Source: a virus (Duplodnaviria > Caudoviricetes). From it: a DNA stretch of 55,100 nucleotides. Below, piece by piece: positions 36,244 through 45,186 of the stretch; the stretch's first letter is position 1; each line of letters begins with the position of its first letter. The stretch covers positions 1-55,100 of IMG/VR virus record IMGVR_UViG_3300030328_000649; one strand, written 5' to 3'. The position numbers and the translations under genes are program-made. A model generated the notes under the pieces. The model ran no database searches. It was not told the DNA's origin and saw nothing but the letters and a program-made list of their open reading frames with translations.

Positions 36244-37377
36244 TTAACTTCCTTGACGTATTGTTATTGTAGAACTGCTTCCACCATTTGTAGTAATCTG
36301 ATTTACTTTACCTTCTTGTTCTATTGTTATGTTGTATGATCCTGCTTTATCTACTTTCATTTCTAACGTATCTTCTATAGCTCTTAGAAACTTTAAATGC
36401 GTATCAGTTATGAAGGTACTTATCTGTGTGTCACTATCGTATCCTACTGCTGTACCTTTTACTCCGTCAGCCGATAAAGATTTCTCAGCTTTACTAAGTT
36501 CATCAACCTCTTGTATCACATCAAGAAGATCTTCTAAAAAATTACCTGCTAGATAATCTATGTCTAGCTCTGTGTATTCTAATTCGTTATCTTTTAGTTC
36601 GTCTGTGTCAAGCTCGTTAAAGTCTAACAAGTCTACATCAAGTATGTTATCTGCTACTGTGTTACCTTCATCTGATTCTGATTCTTCTCTTTGAGGTGGA
36701 TTAACAATTAACATATTATCAATCATGTCTAAAGTTAAATCTAATATTACTGCTGGTGTTGGAGCTGTCTCAAAGTTATAAACAGTTGTAGCTTCATAAG
36801 GTCTATTTAATATAACTTGACCTAATGCAGTATTAACTGTTATTTCACCGCTTGCATCACCGAACTCGTCTGGTAAAAGTATTACCAAAGCTTCTCCAGT
36901 TTCTTTTACAGTTATTGTAAAGTCTGTACCTCTTATTCCAATAGTAGCAGCATGTGTCCTTACAGTAATGTTGTCGTTAGGTATACGTTTCTTTTTACTG
37001 GATATAAATCTACCAGTACCCTTAACAAAATTAAGAGCCATACTAGACTTACTTGGATTAGGATCAAACACAAACTCATCAATAATAACATTACTGTGTT
37101 CTGTTAAACGTATGGTAGTTTCATCCCTAAACGTAACACCCATCCTGCCTTTAGCAGTTTCAAGTTTATCCATAGCATTAAGAGAAAAGTCTATTGAACT
37201 TTCGTATGGTTTGTCTCTTACTACTCTGGTGTTTCCGTTTAGTTCTGTAATACTTCCTATATCAACATCCAACTGCTGTGCCTTGATCGTCCTGATTAAC
37301 GCATACTGTTCCGTTGTTTCCGTCAGACACAATGCGCAACCAATCATTATCCAAAGTAGACTGTTGATCCACCGCAA
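36244..37377 (-). CDS. Exported FecR-domain protein with a curlin-like C-terminus
   Basis: FecR-like D.L.T..G...F.D...L...S and TIGIRGTDF; hydrophobic N-terminus. Start uncertain (37347-37467). Confidence 0.75.
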   Translation of the reverse strand: MRWINSLLWIMIGCALCLTETTEQYALIRTIKAQQLDVDIGSITELNGNTRVVRDKPYESSIDFSLNAMDKLETAKGRMGVTFRDETTIRLTEHSNVIIDEFVFDPNPSKSSMALNFVKGTGRFISSKKKRIPNDNITVRTHAATIGIRGTDFTITVKETGEALVILLPDEFGDASGEITVNTALGQVILNRPYEATTVYNFETAPTPAVILDLTLDMIDNMLIVNPPQREESESDEGNTVADNILDVDLLDFNELDTDELKDNELEYTELDIDYLAGNFLEDLLDVIQEVDELSKAEKSLSADGVKGTAVGYDSDTQISTFITDTHLKFLRAIEDTLEMKVDKAGSYNITIEQEGKVNQITTNGGSSSTITIRQGS

Positions 37378-37969
37378 ACGACCTTGAGTTACCATCGTGT
37401 TCCAACTTGAAATAACCGCCTGCATATCCATCTCCATCATAGTTAACTGTGTTACTATCTCCATCAAGATCTATGTAGTTTGTAGCTGAGTCTACATCTA
37501 AATCAATATTAAGAGTATTTGAATCTCCTTGTACTATAGTATCTATGTCTGCTCCACTAGATAAACTGTTAGTCGCTAGATCAAGAGTAAATGTATTTGT
37601 ATTACCATCAACATCTACGTTTACATTTGCATTGTCTGCTGAGTAAGTATTAGTAGGATCAACTTGTATAGTAAAACTATTTGTATCTCCGTCAAAATCA
37701 AATATACCAGTAAAGGTATCTGAGTTTATATCACCAAGCATCTTGTTGTTGTTACCTATTTGATTTACATCTAGCGTCATTGTAGTACCATCAAGATCAA
37801 ATGGAGTCATAGATCCATGTGTTGATAATAGTCCACCTATTATGTTACCGCTTCCAAGTTGTTCTAAATCTATGTTAGCTGTCGCACCGACTTGATCTAC
37901 ATAGATCTCATTATCATCAGCTATTACGCTACATGATATAAGTAACAATAAGCTAATTAGTTTCTTCAT
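37262..37969 (-). CDS. Curlin-like (CsgA/CsgB-like) secreted repeat protein
   Basis: Sec signal peptide, then NEIYVDQVG, EQLGSGN, NQIGNNN, VQGDSN and repeated DGDxN units. Confidence 0.7.
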   Translation of the reverse strand: MKKLISLLLLISCSVIADDNEIYVDQVGATANIDLEQLGSGNIIGGLLSTHGSMTPFDLDGTTMTLDVNQIGNNNKMLGDINSDTFTGIFDFDGDTNSFTIQVDPTNTYSADNANVNVDVDGNTNTFTLDLATNSLSSGADIDTIVQGDSNTLNIDLDVDSATNYIDLDGDSNTVNYDGDGYAGGYFKLEHDGNSRSFAVDQQSTLDNDWLRIVSDGNNGTVCVNQDDQGTAVGC

Positions 37970-38774
37970 ATTCCCAATACCCCCTGATTATTCCTGTTTT
38001 AATTATTTCTAACACACCTTCTTCTATTGCCTGTTGAAGAGCTATTGAACTTGATTCATTTTCTGATGCTCCTCCTTCTATCTCTACAAGCTCTGTTCCA
38101 TTAGAAACAAACCGAAACAAATCTTGAGAAAGTCCTACTGATATAACACTCTTACTAACTAACACTTCTACTAATACTTCTCCTGTTGAAACAGAAACTA
38201 GCCTAAGTGAAATAGTTATTAAGTCTTCTCTGTACTCTTTACTTGAACCTATTCCCAAGTATCTAGCACCGATACCACCACTTCTAATATTAGAATCTAT
38301 TGAAATCACAGCACCCTGTACCAGTAATCCTGCCAGTAAAAGAGGTTTGACGCTGTTGTCCTCTTCAAAAGATTCCCTTGTACTGCGTATAAGTTGTCTT
38401 TCTTTAGTTAAACTGTCAAGACCTACACGTTCTGCTACTTGGAAAAACTTTCCATTAGCTGCGTGCTTTAAAGCTCTAATAAGAAAAGCTTCTGGTGCTT
38501 GTGTAATAGCTGTAGAAAATAAAGCAAACTGTCCGTTGCTTCTACGTTGTCCTGTTTGATCTTTAAAACTATTAGGATAAATAGCTATAACTGGTTTTCT
38601 TTTTGCAGCAGGTATGCTCTTTAATTCTTCTGATTGTAAATCTAATACAGAAGCTTTTTCAATAATAATATAAGGAAGACCACCTTCTTCTAATAACGAA
38701 CTGTATCTAGGCGCACAACTAGAAAGTAAAACTACCGATAGGAACAGTAATGCTAGTCGTACCTCCAGTTTCAT
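37953..38774 (-). CDS. csgG: Curli secretion channel lipoprotein CsgG
   Basis: Lipobox LLSSC; IAIY..FKDQTGQR, FSTAITQ, ERVGLDSLTKERQLIR, GGIGARYLGIG, LRLVSVSTGEVL. Confidence 0.9.
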   Translation of the reverse strand: MKLEVRLALLFLSVVLLSSCAPRYSSLLEEGGLPYIIIEKASVLDLQSEELKSIPAAKRKPVIAIYPNSFKDQTGQRRSNGQFALFSTAITQAPEAFLIRALKHAANGKFFQVAERVGLDSLTKERQLIRSTRESFEEDNSVKPLLLAGLLVQGAVISIDSNIRSGGIGARYLGIGSSKEYREDLITISLRLVSVSTGEVLVEVLVSKSVISVGLSQDLFRFVSNGTELVEIEGGASENESSSIALQQAIEEGVLEIIKTGIIRGYWEYEETN

Positions 38775-39222
38775 CTGTAATCGTAAGCGTGATAAGCTCA
38801 TTTTCAACTTTGTATTCAATAGTGTTTCCCTCTAGCTCAAGTGAACCTGATGTTTGTGGTGTCTCTCCGAACAGTTGTTCTACCATTTGTCTCGATAGCT
38901 GTGCATAGATTCTGCTTTCTAGGTTTCTTATAAACCTTGCAAGTGTAGTGTTGTCTGCTTCTCTAGCTAACTCATCTTGATATGCTTCTATCTCTTCTTT
39001 AATATCTTTAACTCTTGTAGACTCTTGGTTTTCTATAGTAAGATAGTGACTTGATGTATTTATACCAGAGAAACTAGGACTTTTAAACTTGTAAAGTATT
39101 TCGTCAGCTTTTAATGCGTCACTAAAAAAAATTAACATAAACAAAAAAATAAAATTAAATACAAACAATAAATTAATAAGTGTATGTGCTGATATATTTT
39201 TAATCTTTTCTTTGATCTTCAC
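38719..39222 (-). CDS. csgF: Curli assembly protein CsgF-like
   Basis: Signal ending ALKA, mature N-terminus EILYKFKSPSFSG, RFIRNLESRIYAQLS, C-terminal ITD..G.T.I.VP; directly upstream of csgG. Confidence 0.8.
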   Translation of the reverse strand: MKIKEKIKNISAHTLINLLFVFNFIFLFMLIFFSDALKADEILYKFKSPSFSGINTSSHYLTIENQESTRVKDIKEEIEAYQDELAREADNTTLARFIRNLESRIYAQLSRQMVEQLFGETPQTSGSLELEGNTIEYKVENELITLTITDETGGTTSITVPIGSFTF

Positions 39223-39550
39223 GGTCTGCTTTACTCACTTTATCTATTTCAATTAAGTTAGGAATACCTAACAAAGTTTTAAGAAGAACATCTTGTCTGA
39301 TGGTTTGATTATCTAAAGATCTAACCCGATCAATTAAAGCTACTATTATCCCATATTGAGAATCTAGTTTAGTGCTAAGTCTTTCTTCCATAGCATTAAG
39401 ACTAGCATCTACCTTTTCATCAACAACATCTATCTTCTTCTCCATACCGTCAATGATTTTATTTATAAGCTTCCAAATAAAGAAACCCAATCCTAGCGCA
39501 CTAGCAATCGGGAATCCTACTTGATTAATAAAGTCTATTGCTTCTTTCAT
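39200..39550 (-). CDS. Membrane protein with a coiled coil (possible holin or curli accessory protein)
   Basis: INQVGFPIASALGLGFFIW TM segment. Confidence 0.6.
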   Translation of the reverse strand: MKEAIDFINQVGFPIASALGLGFFIWKLINKIIDGMEKKIDVVDEKVDASLNAMEERLSTKLDSQYGIIVALIDRVRSLDNQTIRQDVLLKTLLGIPNLIEIDKVSKADREDQRKD

Positions 39551-39786
39551 TTACCTACTTTTTTCATAGCCTTTTTATGTGCGGTAGTAAACGTACTGCC
39601 TTCACGCATAAGTCTACGCATCATAGCCATGTGTTTAGATGTATGATGTACCGAGTGTTTCTTTAATGTTTCTTTTTGACGATCAGTAAGAGCTTTCTTT
39701 TTACTAACTTTCTTACCTTTCTTATATGTAGTTCTTTTACTAGGTCTGCCTACTTTAGAACCGTATGTACCTTTCCCTTGTGGCAT
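39547..39786 (-). CDS. Small basic protein
   Basis: MPQGKGTYGSKVGRP; K/H-rich. Confidence 0.65.
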   Translation of the reverse strand: MPQGKGTYGSKVGRPSKRTTYKKGKKVSKKKALTDRQKETLKKHSVHHTSKHMAMMRRLMREGSTFTTAHKKAMKKVGK

Positions 39787-39788
39787 GG

Positions 39789-39923
39789 CTACATCCTTTG
39801 TTTATAATCTTTGATTTGTTTCATCTCTTCTCTTAATTTTATTTGTTGCTTTCTAAAATTAAATTTTTCTTTATTTCTAACTTCTTGTCTTCTAGCTTGA
39901 TTTCTAAATCCGCCTTTTCTCAT
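39789..39923 (-). CDS. Small basic protein (44 aa)
   Basis: MRKGGFRNQARRQEVRNKEK...; fills the gap with an ATGA overlap. Confidence 0.5.
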   Translation of the reverse strand: MRKGGFRNQARRQEVRNKEKFNFRKQQIKLREEMKQIKDYKQRM

Positions 39924-40132
39924 AACATTAAATCCTCTAATGCTTCTAATTTATCTTTAGCTTGTGCAAGTTTATCTAGTTGTTCATCCATAACTTCTAC
40001 AATGTCTGCGTGTTCTCCGACACCTACACTATTTTTAAAGTATACCGATAAGTTTGCTTCGGCTTTAGCTATTTCACCTTTGTATACAGCTCTTAAAGCT
40101 TTGTATTGAGGTGTATGATTTATATTAGTCAT
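39920..40132 (-). CDS. Hypothetical phage protein
   Basis: YKGEIAKAEANL...VGVGEHADIVE helical hairpin. Confidence 0.7.
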   Translation of the reverse strand: MTNINHTPQYKALRAVYKGEIAKAEANLSVYFKNSVGVGEHADIVEVMDEQLDKLAQAKDKLEALEDLML

Positions 40133-40619
40133 TATCTTTATCCTTTGAATTACTTGCTCCGAAATAGAAGCTGATTACAGCACTTGCCAAACCACCAAGA
40201 TAACCAAGTACTAAGTTAATTAATGCTTCTGAGTTCTGCTCTGGAGGTTGAAGTGTTACTAAGAATATATAACCCATGAAGCCACCAACAACAGCTATAC
40301 CCATGATACGAGATGTCCAATCTTTAGAGAACTTTCCTCTTGCATCTTGTATGTCTGCAGTTTCTAGTGCATATAGATCAACATCTAGTTCCTTCATCCT
40401 AACTTCAAAATCTTTGTCAATCTTTTTAAGTTCTGCAAGTTGTTCAGGTGTCGCAGCTTGTACTGCTGCTTCTATTTTCTTAGGTGTTGGTTCACAACCA
40501 AGAGCATCAGCTACCATATTTGCAGCCATCGAACCCATTGGTCCACCTAGAGCTGTGCCTATAGTAGGAGCTACAGCACCTATAATATTTTTCACATTTT
40601 TAAGTAAGTTTAGTTTCAT
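40125..40619 (-). CDS. Putative holin
   Basis: APTIGTALGGP N-terminus, two TM helices, FYFGAS end; near the lysozyme gene. Confidence 0.6.
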   Translation of the reverse strand: MKLNLLKNVKNIIGAVAPTIGTALGGPMGSMAANMVADALGCEPTPKKIEAAVQAATPEQLAELKKIDKDFEVRMKELDVDLYALETADIQDARGKFSKDWTSRIMGIAVVGGFMGYIFLVTLQPPEQNSEALINLVLGYLGGLASAVISFYFGASNSKDKDND

Positions 40620-40875
40620 TTTCTTTCTCTTTTAGTTCCTCGTTGTTAAAGCGTATGCTTTCATTTCCTAGAATATCTTCTACTGATTGCATCGCAAGTT
40701 CTAGTGGCATTTCTGGCACACCTTTTAAGTGCGCATTTAACAGTTCTTCATATACTTTTCTAAACTCTTCTCGTTTAATCCAAGCAAGATCTGTTTTAGA
40801 ACGCAGTTTACAGTCTATCCGATAAGCTCTGTCGAGATCATCTTCAAGATACATTATCAAAATATCTTCATCCAT
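40600..40875 (-). CDS. Hypothetical protein
   Basis: Coupled ORF in the lysis region. Confidence 0.65.
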   Translation of the reverse strand: MDEDILIMYLEDDLDRAYRIDCKLRSKTDLAWIKREEFRKVYEELLNAHLKGVPEMPLELAMQSVEDILGNESIRFNNEELKEKENETKLT

Positions 40876-41278
40876 TGATTATCATTTGTTCTAGTCTATC
40901 TGCCCTGTTACCTACTTGTTTTGCCCAACGACTATCAAGCATTTCCTTACCTGCTGTCTCATAGTCACCTTCTTCCATCGCACCTAAAAACTTTTTAAAG
41001 TTTAAAAGTTTTGTCAAACCTAAATTAAATATCATATTAATAATAGCTCGTTGTCTAACGTCTGTTAAATCTGCAAACCATTTGAATACTCTGGTTGCTT
41101 CTTCTTCACAAATTGTTATATCGTTGGCAAGAAGATAGTCAGACTCATCCATAGTGATACCACGCTCTTCTATGTTTCTACCCACACCCAGCGTTAAAAA
41201 TCCTGCCGAGCATTTGTAAGGTCGTAGTTCTACACCTTCGTCACGTTTAAGCTCTTCTATTAGTTTCTCTTTGTTCAT
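40868..41278 (-). CDS. Lysozyme/endolysin (GH24, T4-lysozyme-like)
   Basis: DEG...YKC..G.LT.GVG, NMIFNLG, EMLDSRWAKQVGNRA. Confidence 0.9.
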   Translation of the reverse strand: MNKEKLIEELKRDEGVELRPYKCSAGFLTLGVGRNIEERGITMDESDYLLANDITICEEEATRVFKWFADLTDVRQRAIINMIFNLGLTKLLNFKKFLGAMEEGDYETAGKEMLDSRWAKQVGNRADRLEQMIING

Positions 41279-44200
41279 TTATAACCTCGTTTCGTTTTTC
41301 TAATATAGATATAAGACTAGGTCTAGTTGTTTCAAAAAATGATTCTCCTAAATATTTACTACTTCTATCTTCTGGATTATCTTTAACATTAGAAACTGGA
41401 GGACCTCCTAGTTTAAGTTCTTGTCTACCTCTTCTACCTCGCATTGGTCTCTTTATTCTATCTTGTGTTCTTGCAGCTTCTTGAATAGTTAAACCTAATC
41501 TATCTCTGTCTAAAAATTCTTTACCTATAGGAATATCTCTGCGTGTAACATCTTTAGCAAAAGGAATTGTTAATTCTGCTGCACCTACTGCTGCACTTCT
41601 AGGTCCTTCTGATTTAGTAATTACTTCAAACGAATCATTTATAAATGCTAAAGCAGGATAAATATTTTCAAGAGGTGCAACATTATAACCTTTAGTAGTT
41701 TGTTCATATATTCTTACTGCTTTTTCAACATGCCACGGAAGAACTTGACCTGAAAAGATAGCAGAATCTGAGCCTTCTTTTAACGCACTTATAACATCAT
41801 TTACTTTATTAAACTTTAATAGTTGATTATCTACATTTAAATCTACATCTATTTGAGTAGCTTCTCTATACTTTTCTGAAGGATTTAAAGCAACGTGAAG
41901 TTGACGTACTGCTGCATACAAAGGCATACTAGCAATCATTGCTGCAAGCAATTTACCATCACTATTTTCAATCCTAGAAAGTAAAGCACTTGTTTGTGTT
42001 CCTTTCGCTTGCGCCCACGATAAAAAAGTTCCTGCAAATTTTAATAATGGATTAGCACTTTGAGCAAACAATCTTCTGTTTCCTATTTGAGGTATTAACG
42101 CATCTCTATCTGCTGCTCTTAAACCTGCTCTATCTAACAGTCTTTTAGCTGTAGCATTTCCATAAGCTTCATCTATCGTTTTAAATCTACTTAAAAACAA
42201 CGCTCCTTTTTCACTCATACCTCCTGCATTTGTAATAGCACTTACATCGCTTGAAGAAAGATTCTTAAAACTTCCTCTTTTACCTAACTTTTTACTTAAA
42301 GAAAAAACTTTATATACACCTGCATCAAAAGCAAACTCTCTTGCAAAACGTGTAACTCTAGAAAGACCTATTGCAGTAAAAAATTTCTGTTGATAATTCA
42401 TTAGTTTTTCTTGATAAGCAGACTCAGGTAAAGTTGTCATGTTTGTATTATAAAGTTCTTTTTCTAAATCTCCTTTGTATTTTCTTTGTTTAATAAACCC
42501 TATTGCTTCAAAATCTTTTTGATTTTTAAAAGCTTGTTGGGCTAAACTACTAGAAGGTTTAATTTGATTTTTACCTAAAACAGCTCCTCCTGCAGAAGTT
42601 GCTTTAATTTGTCTTAACGCAGAACTAGCTGCAGCTCGTACACCACTATTTTGAATAACTTGAATTAAGTCTCCTATACTTGGAACTACAACTTTAGTAA
42701 GTTTTGTAGTAGCTAACAAAGTTTGTAAACTTAAAGCAAGACTTCTTGCGCCAACTCCTGTATTAGGATTATAATCAAGTACTTTAAAATGAGAATTTAT
42801 AGTTCTTGCTATATCTTTTAAGTCTGCTTTGTACAAATCATCTAAACTTTTATTTTCTGATAAAGTTTTAGCACCTTTTGGTAAATATTTAGAATAGTAA
42901 TCTCTTAATTGTTTTCTAACAGCTATAAGACCTTGTCCTCTAGAACCAAAAACTCTAGAAAATTCAGCATAAGGAATAACATCATTGTAAAGTTTTAAAG
43001 TTGTTTCAATAGGATCTTGAACAAATAAATCTTTAGCTATTGCTCTTGCTTCTGGATCATATAGTTTTCTTTGAGTATCTAAAAACCTAGAAGATTTTAT
43101 TAAGGGAGGATTTTTTTCTACAGATTTAGAAAAAGGATTTTGAACTCCATCTTGTAACATTTTTGAATCTACAATTTCAGCTCTTTTTATTTCATCAGCT
43201 CCTTTTAAATAAGCAGATGCTTTTGTTTTAGCCCAACTATCTACAGTTTTTTTGGTTATTTTTTTACCTTTCCACATAAACTCTCCCCTAACTTTAGGTT
43301 TAAGTCTATTGTTTTCCCATTGTTTTATAAAAGCTTGTGTTAAAATTTTCTTATTAGAAGGAACATTATATCCTTTCGCTGACACATTACGATACAGTTG
43401 TGTTAACCCATAAACTTCTTCTTCTTTTAAAAGTATTCCTGCATTTTTAATATACTGTTTAAATTCTTCTTGTAATAAAAAATATTTATTACTAGCTTCT
43501 AAAGCTTTTGTATTAGTAAGATCTCCTTCTTTTAAAAAAGTATACTCACTCTTTTTTTTCATACCTTTATTTTGTATAAGTCTACCTGTAGCAGCAAGAT
43601 CTTCAGGACTTAACAAATCTAAAATGTCACTTAATTTATTTGTAAAAAGAGCAGTATTAGCATCAGTTAATTCTTCAACACTTTCTTGTCTAACAGTACC
43701 TACTTTTAATTTTGAACCAAAGCTTCTAAGCATGTCTAAACCAAACTTCTGCATAACAGGATTTGCTGCTTCAAAATATCCTGTATTAGAAGTAGCTATT
43801 AGTTTCCCTACTCGTTCTCTTAAAGTTCGTGTATATGCGTTTACTTCTTCTTCTTTAAGAATACTTGTCATGTCTTTTAAAACATTTCTACTAAGCTTAT
43901 CGCTGTTAAAGTTTTTTATTCGTTTGTGAAAAAACCCTGCTACAAAACCTGCTGTTGCATATTCTAATATGTTGTTTTCTCTTTCAACATTACGAGGAGA
44001 ATCTTCTTCTAAATATATTCCTGTTATTCCACCTGCAGTTCCATAAGCTACAGGTCTAACAAGCTCTTGAACAAAAGCGCGATATAAATTTTTTCCTTTA
44101 GATCCATTCTTACTTGTCCATTCTTCATCACTAAACAATCCTTTATTTAAAGCTTTTTTCCAAGATGCAAAACCAATAATTCCTCTATCTTCAGAAAGTT

Positions 44201-45185
44201 TAATTTTTTCTAACTCTAAAATTTCTTTTCGTTTTTCTTTAATTTGTTCTTCTACTTTTTTTACAGCCGAAGATTTACCTAAAGGTTTTTCTTTTACTTT
44301 AGTTTTAGTTTTAGTTTTTTTAGCAGTAGCAGCTTTTTTCTCTGCCCTAGCTTTTCTAGCTTTGTCAATTCTTGTAGTTGTTTGTTTTAATAAAATATTT
44401 AACTCTTCTTCTTCTCGATACAATACTCCTAATCTTTTAAGATTTGAAGTTGCACTATTTATCATATCTGGATTTTCTAGTTCTACTTCTTCTGATATTT
44501 CTTCAAGTGTTTTTGCAGTTTTAGCATCAGGTTTAACAGGATCAGGAGTTTTCTTAGATAAAAACTTTCTAGAAATAGCGTCAGAACCTGCTCCTGCAAT
44601 AGAACCTACTCCAAAAGCAAGAGCAGTATTAGTAGCATTTGTTTCTCCGTAAAGAGTCATGTCTCTTAAAGCAGTTTCTCCTGCAGCAACTGTTCCTGAA
44701 AATAAAGCAGTAGCTCCAATTCCTCCTTTAGCAACTCTAGTCCACGGCATAAATAGAGTAACTGGATCAGTAAAACCTGCGCCTACTCTTCCTAATAAAA
44801 CAGTAGCATCTTCTTCTCTATCTTTAAAAATAGCATACTCAGGATTTTCTTCATAGATTTCTTGCATCCTTTTTTCTTCTTTACGTTGAGCTATTGATTT
44901 AACATCTTCTCCTGTTTTATAACTTTCATAATAAGAACCTGCTGTAGATGCTAAACTTGAAAAAATATGAGGTTCTGCTTCATATCCATATCCTAGTTTA
45001 TCTGAAGTTGTAACCCATTCAGGAATTTCTGAGCTTGTATCGTCTTTAAAAGTAAAACTACCGAAAGGAGCATCTTCGTTATTATTAGTATTTAAATTAA
45101 AAGTTTCAATATTATTGTTGTTTAAAGAAGCATCGTCTTTAAAAGTAAAACTACCGAAAGGAGCATCTTGATTTACATTTTTCAT
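41247..45185 (-). CDS. Large putative internal virion (ejection) protein
   Basis: 1312 aa with A/G-rich hydrophobic stretches; lies in the cluster of large late ORFs. Confidence 0.6.
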   Translation of the reverse strand: MKNVNQDAPFGSFTFKDDASLNNNNIETFNLNTNNNEDAPFGSFTFKDDTSSEIPEWVTTSDKLGYGYEAEPHIFSSLASTAGSYYESYKTGEDVKSIAQRKEEKRMQEIYEENPEYAIFKDREEDATVLLGRVGAGFTDPVTLFMPWTRVAKGGIGATALFSGTVAAGETALRDMTLYGETNATNTALAFGVGSIAGAGSDAISRKFLSKKTPDPVKPDAKTAKTLEEISEEVELENPDMINSATSNLKRLGVLYREEEELNILLKQTTTRIDKARKARAEKKAATAKKTKTKTKVKEKPLGKSSAVKKVEEQIKEKRKEILELEKIKLSEDRGIIGFASWKKALNKGLFSDEEWTSKNGSKGKNLYRAFVQELVRPVAYGTAGGITGIYLEEDSPRNVERENNILEYATAGFVAGFFHKRIKNFNSDKLSRNVLKDMTSILKEEEVNAYTRTLRERVGKLIATSNTGYFEAANPVMQKFGLDMLRSFGSKLKVGTVRQESVEELTDANTALFTNKLSDILDLLSPEDLAATGRLIQNKGMKKKSEYTFLKEGDLTNTKALEASNKYFLLQEEFKQYIKNAGILLKEEEVYGLTQLYRNVSAKGYNVPSNKKILTQAFIKQWENNRLKPKVRGEFMWKGKKITKKTVDSWAKTKASAYLKGADEIKRAEIVDSKMLQDGVQNPFSKSVEKNPPLIKSSRFLDTQRKLYDPEARAIAKDLFVQDPIETTLKLYNDVIPYAEFSRVFGSRGQGLIAVRKQLRDYYSKYLPKGAKTLSENKSLDDLYKADLKDIARTINSHFKVLDYNPNTGVGARSLALSLQTLLATTKLTKVVVPSIGDLIQVIQNSGVRAAASSALRQIKATSAGGAVLGKNQIKPSSSLAQQAFKNQKDFEAIGFIKQRKYKGDLEKELYNTNMTTLPESAYQEKLMNYQQKFFTAIGLSRVTRFAREFAFDAGVYKVFSLSKKLGKRGSFKNLSSSDVSAITNAGGMSEKGALFLSRFKTIDEAYGNATAKRLLDRAGLRAADRDALIPQIGNRRLFAQSANPLLKFAGTFLSWAQAKGTQTSALLSRIENSDGKLLAAMIASMPLYAAVRQLHVALNPSEKYREATQIDVDLNVDNQLLKFNKVNDVISALKEGSDSAIFSGQVLPWHVEKAVRIYEQTTKGYNVAPLENIYPALAFINDSFEVITKSEGPRSAAVGAAELTIPFAKDVTRRDIPIGKEFLDRDRLGLTIQEAARTQDRIKRPMRGRRGRQELKLGGPPVSNVKDNPEDRSSKYLGESFFETTRPSLISILEKRNEVINEQRETNRRA
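45039..45168. repeat. Tandem duplication encoding DAPFGSFTFKDD twice
   Basis: ATCGTCTTTAAAAGTAAAACTACCGAAAGGAGCATCTT occurs twice. Confidence 0.85.
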
Positions 45186-45186
45186 T

